Source: Candidatus Saccharimonadota bacterium
GTDB lineage: Bacteria; Patescibacteriota; Saccharimonadia; Saccharimonadales; UBA4665
Assembly (NCBI GenBank): GCA_029288485.1
Contig: JARIHC010000007.1
Span: forward strand, 14,364 to 78,363
Direction: 5' to 3'
Length of the DNA stretch: 64,000 nucleotides
Numbering within the stretch: position 1 is the stretch's first letter; the number at the start of each line of letters is the position of its first letter. The position numbers and the translations under genes were made by a program. Shown here in pieces: positions 13,511 to 23,762 of the stretch. Below the pieces are notes generated by a model, which saw only the letters and a list, made by a program, of their open reading frames with translations, ran no database searches and was not told the DNA's origin.

Positions 13511-14806
13511 ATGTTTACCAAACAGACAGTTCGAGATATTGAGTTAAAAGGTAAAAAAGTCCTTCTAAGGGCGGACTATAATGTGCCGCTCGAAAACGGC
13601 AAAATTACCGATGATTACCGGATTAAACAATCATTGCCCACTATTCATTATCTGCTCGATCACGGCGCCGCAGTTATAATTTGTTCCCATCTTGGCCGGC
13701 CCAGCGGCCCAAAGGACACCCAGTACAGTCTGTTCCCAGTGGCTAAAAAATTACACCAGCTGTTAAACCGACAGGTGGAATTTGCCACTGATTGTGTAGG
13801 AGCACCGGCCGACAAGGCCGCTAAAAACCTTAAACCTGGTCAAGTACTGCTGCTAGAAAATTTACGCTTTCATCCCGAAGAAAAAGCTGATTTTGATCAA
13901 TTTGCTGCCGAACTAGCTAGCCTAGCCGATATTTTTGTACAAGATGGGTTTGGCGTGGTCCATAGGGCGCATGCTAGCACGGATGCTATTACCCGACATC
14001 TGCCCAGTGTGGCTGGTCTGCTGCTCGAAAAAGAGGTAGATGCAATTACCAGTGTTATGGAAAAGCCGGAGCGGCCGTTGGCAGCGATAGTTGGCGGCGC
14101 AAAAATCGCCGATAAAATAGACATCTTAAATCGCTGTATAGACATGGCTGATTTTGTGGCTATCGGCGGTGCTATGGCTAACACTTTTTTGGCAGCCAAA
14201 GGGGTAGATATAGGCGACAGCTTGTACGACAAGGCTGATTTACAAGTAGCTCGAAGTATCGTTAAAAAGGCTGCGGCAGAAGCTAAAAAAAGGCGTTTTA
14301 TTTTTGCTATCCCGTACGACGGAGTGGTGGTTAACAAGATAGATAAAAACACACCTACGCGGATTGTTGATTGGGGCACGCACGTGGTAGCGGATATAGA
14401 AAACTATCCACGCAGAGTGCCGAAACGCGCCGGCCAAGTTTTGAGCGACGAAATGATAGTAGATATAGGTCCTTTTAGCGGCTCGTTTATAGCTGGTTGC
14501 ATCCAGCTAGCTAATACTGTTATTTGGAACGGTGCCATGGGTATTACGGAAACAGATAGCTTACAGGGCCCGATCGGTCCGTATGCACATGGTACAGAAC
14601 TTATCATCGAAGCGCTTCTGGGAGATTTTGGCCACAAGCCCTACACCTTGGTTGGTGGTGGTGACACGGTGGGCTATATAGAAAACCGAAAGCTAGTGGA
14701 ATGTTTTGATCATGTATCGACCGGCGGGGGCGCTAGCCTGGAGCTAATGGCGGGCCGCAAACTTCCCGGCGTAGAAGCGCTGCTCGATAAAAAGAGGGTC
14801 AAGTAA
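13511..14806 (+). CDS. pgk: phosphoglycerate kinase
   Basis: 'KKVLLRADYNVP', 'SHLGRP', 'GGAKIADKI', 'VSTGGGASLE'. Start placed at the ATG giving 'MFTKQTVRD'. Confidence 0.9.
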   Translation: MFTKQTVRDIELKGKKVLLRADYNVPLENGKITDDYRIKQSLPTIHYLLDHGAAVIICSHLGRPSGPKDTQYSLFPVAKKLHQLLNRQVEFATDCVGAPADKAAKNLKPGQVLLLENLRFHPEEKADFDQFAAELASLADIFVQDGFGVVHRAHASTDAITRHLPSVAGLLLEKEVDAITSVMEKPERPLAAIVGGAKIADKIDILNRCIDMADFVAIGGAMANTFLAAKGVDIGDSLYDKADLQVARSIVKKAAAEAKKRRFIFAIPYDGVVVNKIDKNTPTRIVDWGTHVVADIENYPRRVPKRAGQVLSDEMIVDIGPFSGSFIAGCIQLANTVIWNGAMGITETDSLQGPIGPYAHGTELIIEALLGDFGHKPYTLVGGGDTVGYIENRKLVECFDHVSTGGGASLELMAGRKLPGVEALLDKKRVK

Positions 14807-14828
14807 GGTACAATAAACCATAAGTATT

Positions 14829-15626
14829 ATGAGTTTAACTAAGCCCACGCTTGTTATTGGAAACTGGAAAATGCACCTTAACGTGCAGGAAGCTAGTTTA
14901 TTAGTTCATCGTTTGGGCAAACACATCAAACCCCACCGCGATGTTGAAGTAGTACTAGCACCTAGCTTGCTGGCGTTGCAGCCAGTCAGTTTGGAGATCG
15001 ATCGCCGTAAATTCCGTTTAGCGGCTCAAAACGCATTCTATAAGGATGAAGGCGCCTACACAGGCGAGGTTAGTTTTACAATGCTCCGCGAGCTGGCGCA
15101 CTATGTCCTAATTGGCCACTCTGAACGCCGAATATACTTTGGGGAAACATTAGAAAATGTACGCGACAAAGTCCAGGCTGCAGTACGTAATGAAATCACC
15201 CCTGTATTATGTGTCGGCGAAACCAAACAAGAACGTTCGGACGGCCAGACCCGCCGGGTAATTCACGACCAGCTAACTACGGCTATCATGCCCCTGACAT
15301 CTGAAGAGGTAGAGCAAATGGTAGTGGCTTACGAACCCGTTTGGGCAATCAGTACTTTCGGACATGAACTGGCCAAGCCTGGCGAAATTGAAAAAGTGTT
15401 TCGGTTGATACGTAGTGAAATCAAAGAACTATATGGCTCTAATGCGGCTGAAAACGTACGTGTTATTTATGGCGGCAGCGTTGATGATCAGCTTGCTGGC
15501 GGCTACCTAGAGTTAGATGATTGCGACGGCGTTTTAGTTGGCGCTGCTAGTCTAAACTATAAGCAATTTTCCGGTATAGTTGACAGCGCCTATCGTTTGG
15601 AGCATCGTTCAGAGAAAAAGCCATGA
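14829..15626 (+). CDS. tpiA: triosephosphate isomerase
   Basis: 'GNWKMH', 'IGHSERR', 'AYEPVWAI', 'IYGGSV'. Confidence 0.9.
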   Translation: MSLTKPTLVIGNWKMHLNVQEASLLVHRLGKHIKPHRDVEVVLAPSLLALQPVSLEIDRRKFRLAAQNAFYKDEGAYTGEVSFTMLRELAHYVLIGHSERRIYFGETLENVRDKVQAAVRNEITPVLCVGETKQERSDGQTRRVIHDQLTTAIMPLTSEEVEQMVVAYEPVWAISTFGHELAKPGEIEKVFRLIRSEIKELYGSNAAENVRVIYGGSVDDQLAGGYLELDDCDGVLVGAASLNYKQFSGIVDSAYRLEHRSEKKP

Positions 15627-16264
15627 GCGCAACCAGAAAAACCCGTACACCCTCTAAAAAATCAATTTCCGACATTGATGCGCCCGGCAAAACCGTACCA
15701 CCAAAGACCTCCAAATCAGTAATCGTTACTAATCGCCCTATTCTGCAAGATCCCATGGTCGTTGATGAGCCAAAAGCTGATAATCCACCGGCCGCTAAAA
15801 AAACAACGATTGCCCACACGGCTGAAACCATCAAACCCGCAAAATCAAAAGAAGAACTGAAGCAAGACAATTCTAGCGAAACGCCTGTCGAAGCTCCAGC
15901 GGCACCAGATGAGTCAGAGCCGCCCGAAAAGCCGCCATCAACAGATTCTAAAGCCGAAGCGGAAGAAACATCCGAAAAGCCGCCTAACTCGTCAAAATCA
16001 CCCAAAGAAGCAGTGCAAGAGACCCCGCCAAAAAAGGACGATCAAGCTCAAGCTAAACAAAATGCGGTTATCGAACGCCTGGTTAATAGCAAAAAATATG
16101 AACTGCCAATCAACGCTGTTGAGAAGCGTAAAACTAAGCAATTTGTGGTGCTAGGTATTTTTCTAGCGATACTGTTAGTGGTAGTTTGGGTAGACGTAGC
16201 TCTTGACGCCGGCCTTATTAAACTTAACGGCATAAAACCTATAACCCACTTTTTCTCGAACTAG
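15623..16264 (+). CDS. hypothetical Lys/Pro/Glu-rich protein with a C-terminal TM anchor
   Basis: Low-complexity N-terminal ~170 aa, then 'FVVLGIFLAILLVVVWVDVAL'. ATGA overlap with tpiA. Confidence 0.5.
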   Translation: MSATRKTRTPSKKSISDIDAPGKTVPPKTSKSVIVTNRPILQDPMVVDEPKADNPPAAKKTTIAHTAETIKPAKSKEELKQDNSSETPVEAPAAPDESEPPEKPPSTDSKAEAEETSEKPPNSSKSPKEAVQETPPKKDDQAQAKQNAVIERLVNSKKYELPINAVEKRKTKQFVVLGIFLAILLVVVWVDVALDAGLIKLNGIKPITHFFSN

Positions 16265-16306
16265 ATTACAACGGTTTTAGTGGGCTGACTCTGATAAAAT
16301 TGTAAG

Positions 16307-18451
16307 GTGTTAGATAAGCTTCTAGAAGGATTAAACCCGGAACAGCAGAGAGCTGTAAAAACTACGGAAGGACCGCTGCTGATTCAAGCTGGCGCTGGTT
16401 CCGGCAAAACTAAAACTCTAACTCACAGAATCGCTTACTTAATTGCTGCTAAAAAAGCCACTCCATACAATATTTTAGCGGTAACCTTTACCAACAAAGC
16501 CGCCAAAGAGATGCGCGAGAGGGTCGCTAAATTACTCGGCGAAAATGCCGAAAACCGCAGCTTTATGCCGTTTATGGGAACTTTTCATGGTATCTGCGTG
16601 CGGTTACTTAGGCAAGATGGTGAAGCCGTAGGCATTCCACGCAGCTTTGTGATTTTTGATGAAACAGACCGCCAAGCTGCCGTCAAACAAGTTAGCAAAC
16701 AACTGATGTTAGACGAAAAAGCCTTTCCAGCTCGTGTACTTAGCAGCCTGATCAGCAGCGCTAAAAACGAAATGATTGCGCCGGAGGAATACGCCGGCAC
16801 TGTATCCAGTCCGGCTCAAGAGGCGGCGGCTAAAGTTTATCCGCTCTACCAAAAAGCGCTTAAAGAGGCTTCCGCGCTAGACTTTGACGACCTTATTAAT
16901 CGCACTGTGCAGCTATTGAACGCCAAACCTGAGATCCGGAGCAAATGGCAGCAACAGTTTAGGTACATAATGATTGACGAATATCAGGACACCAATGCCG
17001 CACAATATAAGCTGGTGAATCTATTGACGAATGACCAGCACAACATCGCTGTAGTGGGCGACGACTGGCAAAGTATTTATAGCTGGCGCGGTGCCGACTT
17101 TCGCAATATCTTAAAGTTTGAAAAAGATTTTAAGGATTGCGTAGTTATTAAGCTGGAACAAAATTATCGCAGCACAAAGCACATTTTGGATGCTGCACAC
17201 GCTATCATTACCAAGAATGCCCAGCGTAGCGATAAGAAGCTATGGACGGCTATAGACGGCGGTTTACCGGTTCAAGTAGTAGCCGTCGGCAACGAACGAG
17301 CCGAAGGCGAGGCAGTTATAAGGCGTATCCGTGAGGGTGTAGACAGCGGTCGGAGACATTTTCACGATTATGCGGTCCTGTATAGGACTAACGCCCAGAG
17401 CCGGTCAATAGAAGAAGCTTTTGTGCACTACGGCGTACCATACCGTGTAGTGGGCGGCGTACGTTTTTACGACCGCAAAGAGATAAAAGATGTTGTAGCG
17501 TATCTGCGGTTAATCTTCCAGTCCGAAGATCGGGTTAGCTTTGAGCGAATCGTCAATGTGCCAGCCAGGGGTGTCGGTGCTAAGAGTTTGCAGAATTTCT
17601 TTGCTTGGCAGGCGGCCGGGGAGTTGTCTCTGGAGCGTGCTTTAGCGGAAGTGGAGAACTGTTCTGATCTAACGCCCAAAGCCCGGAAAGCACTGAGTGA
17701 GCTGGGCGATATTATTAGCAGTTTGCGTGTTGTTAGTCAGGATGCGGCTGTGACGGGACTGATCGACTCCTTACTGCGTCGGATTGATTATATAAATTAT
17801 TTAAACGATGGTACACCGCAAGGCGAAGCCCGCCAGGAAAATGTTAAAGAGCTTTTGAGTGTGGCCCGGGAATACCAAGAATTGGGGCTGGACGGCTTTT
17901 TAGAGGAAGTTGCCTTGGTCAGTGATCTTGATGGCACTGATTTTGCGGGCGACGCGGTGACGCTCATGACTTTGCATGCAGCCAAAGGCCTGGAATTTCC
18001 GGTAGTGTTCATGAGCGGCATGGAAGAATCTATCTTTCCCCATTCGCGGGCTTTATACGACCAAGGCGAGATGGAAGAGGAGAGGCGCCTGTGTTATGTG
18101 GGCATGACACGGGCCAAACAAGAACTTTATATGATGTATGCCTCTACTCGGTTACTATACGGAGGTCTGCAGCACAACCCGCCGTCGCGGTTCTTGAGTG
18201 AAATCGAAGGCGTCTCGTCCGCCGCTTCCAGCTCGGACACATTCATACCTCGAGTGTCCTCGCCGGAAACAACGGTCGTTGATAATGAGCCACGATATGT
18301 ACCTGATCTAAATGAGGGCGACGGCATTCGCCATCAAATATTCGGCCGCGGGACGGTCATGGAAATAGATGGCGATAACGTTACAGTCTACTTTAAGGGC
18401 AAAGGCGCCCGTAAGCTCAACATTGCGTTTGCGCCAATCGAGAAGCTATAG
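16307..18451 (+). CDS. pcrA: ATP-dependent DNA helicase PcrA/UvrD family
   Basis: 'AGAGSGKTKTLTHRIA', 'DEYQDTN', 'QNYRST', 'VTLMTLHAAKGLEF', 'RRLCYVGMTRAK'. Confidence 0.9.
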   Translation: MLDKLLEGLNPEQQRAVKTTEGPLLIQAGAGSGKTKTLTHRIAYLIAAKKATPYNILAVTFTNKAAKEMRERVAKLLGENAENRSFMPFMGTFHGICVRLLRQDGEAVGIPRSFVIFDETDRQAAVKQVSKQLMLDEKAFPARVLSSLISSAKNEMIAPEEYAGTVSSPAQEAAAKVYPLYQKALKEASALDFDDLINRTVQLLNAKPEIRSKWQQQFRYIMIDEYQDTNAAQYKLVNLLTNDQHNIAVVGDDWQSIYSWRGADFRNILKFEKDFKDCVVIKLEQNYRSTKHILDAAHAIITKNAQRSDKKLWTAIDGGLPVQVVAVGNERAEGEAVIRRIREGVDSGRRHFHDYAVLYRTNAQSRSIEEAFVHYGVPYRVVGGVRFYDRKEIKDVVAYLRLIFQSEDRVSFERIVNVPARGVGAKSLQNFFAWQAAGELSLERALAEVENCSDLTPKARKALSELGDIISSLRVVSQDAAVTGLIDSLLRRIDYINYLNDGTPQGEARQENVKELLSVAREYQELGLDGFLEEVALVSDLDGTDFAGDAVTLMTLHAAKGLEFPVVFMSGMEESIFPHSRALYDQGEMEEERRLCYVGMTRAKQELYMMYASTRLLYGGLQHNPPSRFLSEIEGVSSAASSSDTFIPRVSSPETTVVDNEPRYVPDLNEGDGIRHQIFGRGTVMEIDGDNVTVYFKGKGARKLNIAFAPIEKL

Positions 18452-18536
18452 ACAGTTGTCTATCTTTGCTACAATATAATTTACGGGCTGTAAGGTGTAG
18501 CTTACGCCATCCGGGAACTTACGCTCGTTTTGAAGT

Positions 18537-19784
18537 ATGCAAAAAAAATTACGAAGATTTCGCTTACGTTTTCGTCGTTTTAGCAGGCGCAATCTGCCTC
18601 AGAACACCGACGAACTTAAGACAATGAGTCGGCACCCACACGCCGTGCCAATTATTACTTTTGCGGTGTTAATCTTGGTTACGGTCGGCGCATATGTTAT
18701 AGCTCGCCAAACTCATCACATTCGTCCCAGAACAGATGCTTTTATAGTTATCGTGTCACATGATCATGAGAAGCAAATTGTGCCTAGTCACAAGCAAACA
18801 GTTGGCGCGCTATTGAAAAAACTTAACATTCATTTAGGCGAAGGCGATGTGGTAGAGCCGGCGGCCAACACTCTTATTAGACAGGACGACTTCCGCGTGA
18901 ATGTGTACCGAGCGGTGCCGGTGCAGGTAATAGACGGCAATCAAAAGACTTTTGCTTTTAGTGCAGCTACAACACCGAGGGCTATCGCTCAACAGACCGG
19001 CCAAACACTCTATCCAGAAGATTGGGTAAATACTGTTCCGGCCCAAGATTTTGTACAAACTGGCGCCATAGGCGAACAATTGGTAATCGACCATGCTACC
19101 CCAGTCAATGTTGATCTTTATGGCGCCAAAGTAGTTATAAGAACGCACGCTAACACCGTTGCTGGCCTGATGCGCGAAAAGCATATAGTTTTAACTAAGC
19201 AAGACCACTTGAGTATACCGGCTAGCACACCCATAACTGCTGGTATGGACATTGCTTTCTTGCGCACCGGCACCAAGACAGAAACCGTTAAAGAGGTGAT
19301 CGCTACACCTGTCCAAAACGTCAACGACAATTCGCTTGCTTATGGCACCCAAGCTGTCCGGCAGCAAGGATCGCCAGGCGAGCAGGTCGTAACCTATCAA
19401 ATTACGCTTAACAATAACGTAGAAACTGGACGTACAATTATTCAAAAAGTTGTAACTAAACAGCCAGTGACCCAAATAGTCGCTATCGGCACCAACTTAA
19501 GTGGCATCAAGGGTGACATGGCCTTAGCCGGCATTGGTCCGGGCGACTACAAATACGCTGATTACATTATCAGTCACGAATCCGGTTGGCGGCCGAATGC
19601 TAGCGGTATCGGTGGTGCGTATGGTCTTTGCCAAGCCTTACCGGGCAGCAAAATGGCTAGTGCTGGCGCCGACTGGGCAAGCAACCCAGTTACACAGCTT
19701 AAATGGTGCAACGGCTATGCGGTTGGTCGCTATGGTAGCTGGTCGGCAGCTTACAATCATTGGGTAAGTAGTCACAATTGGTAA
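18537..19784 (+). CDS. membrane-anchored cell-wall protein, RpfB-like architecture (DUF348-like repeats, G5, C-terminal lytic domain)
   Basis: N-terminal TM. G5-like 'TETVKEVIATPVQNVNDNSLAYGTQAVRQQGSPGEQVVTYQIT'. C-terminal 'ISHESGWRPNA...GAYGLCQALPGSKM' transglycosylase-like motif. Confidence 0.6.
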   Translation: MQKKLRRFRLRFRRFSRRNLPQNTDELKTMSRHPHAVPIITFAVLILVTVGAYVIARQTHHIRPRTDAFIVIVSHDHEKQIVPSHKQTVGALLKKLNIHLGEGDVVEPAANTLIRQDDFRVNVYRAVPVQVIDGNQKTFAFSAATTPRAIAQQTGQTLYPEDWVNTVPAQDFVQTGAIGEQLVIDHATPVNVDLYGAKVVIRTHANTVAGLMREKHIVLTKQDHLSIPASTPITAGMDIAFLRTGTKTETVKEVIATPVQNVNDNSLAYGTQAVRQQGSPGEQVVTYQITLNNNVETGRTIIQKVVTKQPVTQIVAIGTNLSGIKGDMALAGIGPGDYKYADYIISHESGWRPNASGIGGAYGLCQALPGSKMASAGADWASNPVTQLKWCNGYAVGRYGSWSAAYNHWVSSHNW

Positions 19785-19788
19785 ATCT

Positions 19789-20574
19789 GTGCCCAAAAAA
19801 GATGATTTGCCAAAAAAATCTTTAGGCCAGCATTGGCTGCGCGACCCTACGGCTTTAGAAGCTATGTGCACTGCAGCAGATGTGCAGGCGAATGATACCG
19901 TACTGGAAATCGGTCCGGGTCTGGGTACGCTAACAGAACTGCTTACCAAAAGAGCGGGGCAAGTAATTGCTGTGGAATTTGACAAAAAATTGGCCGTTGA
20001 GTTACCAAACCGCGTAATGGCTGACAACTTGCAAGTTATTTGCCAAGACATTCTGAGTTTTGATTTTACCAGTTTGCCCGCCGACTATAAAATTGCCGCT
20101 AACATTCCATATTATCTAACCAGTCATCTTATCCGTGTTATCAGCGAAACTCCTAATCCACCGCTTAGGGTTGCCATTTTAGTTCAAAAAGAGGTAGCTC
20201 GGAGGGTCGCGGGTGGACCAGGGGATATGTCGCTATTAGGTGTAACCGCGCAGTTTTACTGGAGGGTCAGTTTAGCCAGAGAGGTGAAGGCAGAATTATT
20301 CGAACCACCTCCTAAAGTAGATTCACAGATATTAGTTATGGAACGTAGGCCAGAGCCGCTATTTGACGTAGACCCCAAAGCTTTCTTTCGGGTAGTAAAA
20401 GCTGGCTTTGCCCAGCGCCGCAAAACTTTGCTGAATTCGCTAAGCGGAGGCTTAAGTTTACAGCGTCAAGACACAGAAAACATCCTGCGAAAAGCTGGAA
20501 TAGATCCGATGCGGCGGGCACAAACTTTGAGTTTGAACGAATGGCGCGATGTCTACAATTCCCTTAATACTTGA
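19789..20574 (+). CDS. rsmA: 16S rRNA (adenine1518/1519-N6)-dimethyltransferase
   Basis: 'SLGQHWL', SAM motif 'VLEIGPGLGTLT', 'NIPYYLTS'. Confidence 0.85.
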   Translation: MPKKDDLPKKSLGQHWLRDPTALEAMCTAADVQANDTVLEIGPGLGTLTELLTKRAGQVIAVEFDKKLAVELPNRVMADNLQVICQDILSFDFTSLPADYKIAANIPYYLTSHLIRVISETPNPPLRVAILVQKEVARRVAGGPGDMSLLGVTAQFYWRVSLAREVKAELFEPPPKVDSQILVMERRPEPLFDVDPKAFFRVVKAGFAQRRKTLLNSLSGGLSLQRQDTENILRKAGIDPMRRAQTLSLNEWRDVYNSLNT

Positions 20575-20606
20575 CGTGTTAAGTAAGGGGCATAAAATAA
20601 ATAAGC

Positions 20607-21071
20607 ATGGGCCCAACTAATAACCTGGGATACTTAATCCAGCATCTGGCATCTGTCATGGGGCGACAGACCGACCTCCTGCTTCAAAAAGAGCTAGGAA
20701 TCGGTCTAAGCCAATTTAAGATATTAATGGTGCTTGAGTGGAACCCGCGCGTCCAGCAAAAAGCTATTGCTGATGCGCTAGGTCAAACGGAGGCCAGCAT
20801 TAGCCGCCAGCTTAAATTGTTGCAAGAAAAAGGACTTTTAATCTCTAAGTTTGATCCCCAAAATAAACGGCGCCATATTACCACGCCCACGCCCAAAGGT
20901 ATGCGGGCTACAGAGGCTGCCTCGGCTATTATGCGGCGTAGTTTTGGCCAAGAATATTCTGATATAGGCGATGAACAACTTGCACAGCTGGTGACAGGCC
21001 TGCAAACTCTTCATCGTATAGTTTGCCAGTCCGGCAAGCCAGGTGCCTGCGACCATCCCCTAGGCTTTTAA
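20607..21071 (+). CDS. MarR-family transcriptional regulator
   Basis: Winged-HTH pattern 'LSQFKILMVLEW...QKAIADALGQTEASISRQLKLLQEKGLI...DPQNKRRHIT'. Confidence 0.75.
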   Translation: MGPTNNLGYLIQHLASVMGRQTDLLLQKELGIGLSQFKILMVLEWNPRVQQKAIADALGQTEASISRQLKLLQEKGLLISKFDPQNKRRHITTPTPKGMRATEAASAIMRRSFGQEYSDIGDEQLAQLVTGLQTLHRIVCQSGKPGACDHPLGF

Positions 21072-21121
21072 TCCAAACGTCAAGTTGTATTAAGGTATAA
21101 AATATTCTATAATAATAAATT

Positions 21122-21664
21122 ATGTCTGAATTTTATCATCCTGAGATTGTGAGCGCGCTAGAGCTTGAGCCAACTAGCCAAACTACTCTACGGATTTTAC
21201 GCTTGCTTATAGATGAAAAGACTAAACGGGACGAGTCACCCGAAATTGGCCGGCGCGGCATTGGTTTAGACGCGTTAATGGAAGGCGACGACCTAAGCGT
21301 GTGGCACACGGAAGATGGTGTAGACTACGGACCTTATCCTATAAACTCGGTATACCACCGACAGCGAGTGGGCGAATATGGCAGTAAACTAATAACTTTT
21401 TACGACGTTCATCGAGATGAGAACAGACTCAGTATAGAAAAATCGACCAAACTGTTTTTAGAGGAAAGCGAAGAATATGCCAGTCCCGCAACAAGCCCGA
21501 AGCTGCATGCCAAAAAACGAGGAGGATCAGAGGAGTGGGTAAAGAGGATTCAAGAAGCCTCATCCGTAGAAAAAGACATGGGCTTACACTTTGTGCCCGA
21601 GGAAGAAACCAGGGGCCTGATAGCCTTTTTGACTGTATTAGAACCCTGTCAACTGCCTGCTTAA
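21122..21664 (+). CDS. hypothetical protein
   Basis: 180-aa ORF. No motif recognised. Confidence 0.4.
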   Translation: MSEFYHPEIVSALELEPTSQTTLRILRLLIDEKTKRDESPEIGRRGIGLDALMEGDDLSVWHTEDGVDYGPYPINSVYHRQRVGEYGSKLITFYDVHRDENRLSIEKSTKLFLEESEEYASPATSPKLHAKKRGGSEEWVKRIQEASSVEKDMGLHFVPEEETRGLIAFLTVLEPCQLPA

Positions 21665-21716
21665 AATCGTTACCGGAATAACAGACAAATAAGCACTAGC
21701 AATTCTTGACTAAAAG

Positions 21717-21725
21717 TGCTATAAT
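21717..21725 (+). promoter_or_regulatory. extended -10 element (TGCTATAAT) of the tmRNA gene
   Basis: TGnTATAAT ends 9 nt before the tmRNA 5' end. Confidence 0.5.
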
Positions 21726-21734
21726 ACAGAGTAC

Positions 21735-22147
21735 GGGGCTGAATTTAAGCTCGACGTTGGACTTTATCGGTTACATCAGCAGGTCGCTTGTCAGCGTTAT
21801 AGGCAAACATTTTAGATGCAACTTCTAAAATTCGCGGTGCTGTAGCACTTGTTAAGGACGGAGCCAAGGCTCTTGCCGAGACATTCACTGTGCGGCAGCT
21901 CGCACCTCAAGTAGCTTAATTAACTACTTGAATGCCTGAGACGACGCCAGATAGTTGAAAGGCATTTCATATCTTCTGGACGCTCATGCTGCATTGTCCT
22001 AGCAGCATGCTAAGACTTTGGACTCTGGGGAACGGTTTTTTGGTCATTTAACGGCCGGACCTCGAGAATTTTTAAATGACCTATGCCTGTAGACGATTAA
22101 TCAAGATAAACTAGCGGACGTGGGGGCAGTACCCACCAGCTCCACCA
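21735..22147 (+). ncRNA. ssrA: tmRNA (SsrA)
   Basis: 5' GGGGCUG pairs with 3' CAGCUCC-A-CCA, including a G3:U wobble. A T-arm-like GTGGG/CCCAC precedes the acceptor strand. An internal ORF begins GCA AAC (as in E. coli) and ends ...CAA GTA GCT TAA at 21917-21919. Confidence 0.85.
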
Positions 22148-22205
22148 TTATTCAAGAGGGACTTTCGGCTAAGCTGGAGGCCCCTAATTTATATAACAAC
22201 TTATA

Positions 22206-22913
22206 GTGTCTTCAGAATCCATCGAATCAATCCAGCCATACCTAAATCCTGAGTATTGGGGAGGTCATTCTATTGGCTACGGGCCAGCAGAGGCATACCC
22301 GCCTCATATTCCTTTAGTTGGTCAGGGGCAGCGTGAAGCTAAAAAAATGCTCACAGGACGTCTTATGAGCATGGCTAAAGCTGTCCCGTTAGAAACATAC
22401 AAGGAGGGGGAAGTTTTTGACGCCAGCAGTTATGAGCCAGGTACTTTGCTACTGTTTCGTGAAGAACATATCTCGGGTAATACAGAATCTTTTTCTTATG
22501 ACCCTGAAGAATTTAAAGAGCAAGAGATTGCTGTTAGACCGATAGGTACAGCGCCTAACTTTCATATCGGTCCAAGTGAAGGGTTCAAATCAATTCGCGA
22601 CAAAACAAGAGACATAAATTACCTAACACGCTCCTCGTGGGGCATAGTGCCGGCAGATGGTGCGCCGCCAGTGATTTTCACCGCTTCTACGGTTACCACA
22701 ATAAAGATTGGTAATAGTGTTTTGCTGAGTATATTAGACTGGCGGCATTCACCGATTGAAATCGGGCAAACCAGACACTACGAAAAAGATGGACGAGAAA
22801 GGATCGACCGTATTAATCTTTTGGATGTAGTCGCTTATGGCGAAACCCAAAAAAAGAAAAGCAGCATCTTACAAGCAGTCAGTAAATTAGCTTTTCGTAC
22901 AGATAATACATAG
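22206..22913 (+). CDS. hypothetical protein
   Basis: 235-aa ORF. No motif recognised. Confidence 0.4.
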   Translation: MSSESIESIQPYLNPEYWGGHSIGYGPAEAYPPHIPLVGQGQREAKKMLTGRLMSMAKAVPLETYKEGEVFDASSYEPGTLLLFREEHISGNTESFSYDPEEFKEQEIAVRPIGTAPNFHIGPSEGFKSIRDKTRDINYLTRSSWGIVPADGAPPVIFTASTVTTIKIGNSVLLSILDWRHSPIEIGQTRHYEKDGRERIDRINLLDVVAYGETQKKKSSILQAVSKLAFRTDNT

Positions 22914-23081
22914 TCATCAGGAGCAATTAAGAGATATGAAAAGCGGCGAATCCGGAAACGCCAAGCTACCATCCACAGCGCCGCGTATTCCGTTTAGTAG
23001 AAAGCCAAAGCGACTAATGCAACCGATAGCCTTGCCATGATACAAAATCAACCTTAATGTGCGTTTTGCTATCATGGAAAT

Positions 23082-23732
23082 GTGACAAAAAAACGCATTA
23101 TTATAACGAGTACAGTCATTGGTGCTGTGTTGATACTGACAGGCCTAGGGCTGTGGTGGCGCGCCAGTCATCATCACAAGCAATTGTCAGGAGGCCATCA
23201 AACGGTTGGAAATCACATGATCTCGCTTAACCAGGACGATTCGTCTAAGCCAGGCGGCTTAAGCGTAAGCGGCCAGGCCGATAACCTGGGGCAGCTTGGT
23301 GGCCAAGGTAAGGGCTCTCAAAGCGGTGGCGGCAGTTCTGGCAGTTCAAGCGATATTAATCCAGCCACTTTTTCGGAGTACAACAAGTACCAAAACAATA
23401 CTGATGCGCTTTTTGGCGATATCCAGATTGGCCACGGGGCTCAGTTAAATGCAGGGCAGAAAGCCAGTATTTATTACAAAGCGTGGTTAACTAACGGTGC
23501 GCTGGTAGACCAGTCGCCGGTAAGCTCTGCTGGACAACCTCAGCCATACAGCTTTACACTCGGAGCACACCAGGTAATTCCGGGGCTCGAAGAGGGAATT
23601 TATGGTATGAAAGTCGGGGGTAAGCGTCTAATAATCGTGCCGCCAGCTGTGGGTTACGGATCTCAGGGGCAAGGTGCGGTGCCAGCTAACGCTATTCTGG
23701 TCTTCCAGGTCCAGCTGCTGAGCGTCCAGTAA
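23082..23732 (+). CDS. membrane-anchored FKBP-type peptidyl-prolyl isomerase
   Basis: N-terminal TM and a Gly/Ser-rich linker. FKBP core 'YKAWLTNG...FTLGAHQVIPGLEEGIYGMKVGGKRLIIVPP..GYG......IPANAILVFQVQLLSV'. Confidence 0.8.
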   Translation: MTKKRIIITSTVIGAVLILTGLGLWWRASHHHKQLSGGHQTVGNHMISLNQDDSSKPGGLSVSGQADNLGQLGGQGKGSQSGGGSSGSSSDINPATFSEYNKYQNNTDALFGDIQIGHGAQLNAGQKASIYYKAWLTNGALVDQSPVSSAGQPQPYSFTLGAHQVIPGLEEGIYGMKVGGKRLIIVPPAVGYGSQGQGAVPANAILVFQVQLLSVQ

Positions 23733-23762
23733 ATTGAAGACAGTGTCTGATATTATACGGTT

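Noticed and set aside
22936-23040. A 34-codon ORF (MKSGESGNAKLPSTAPRIPFSRKPKRLMQPIALP) in the intergenic region before the FKBP gene.
   Set aside because: It has no convincing RBS, is too short, and its composition is unremarkable. There is no supporting feature.
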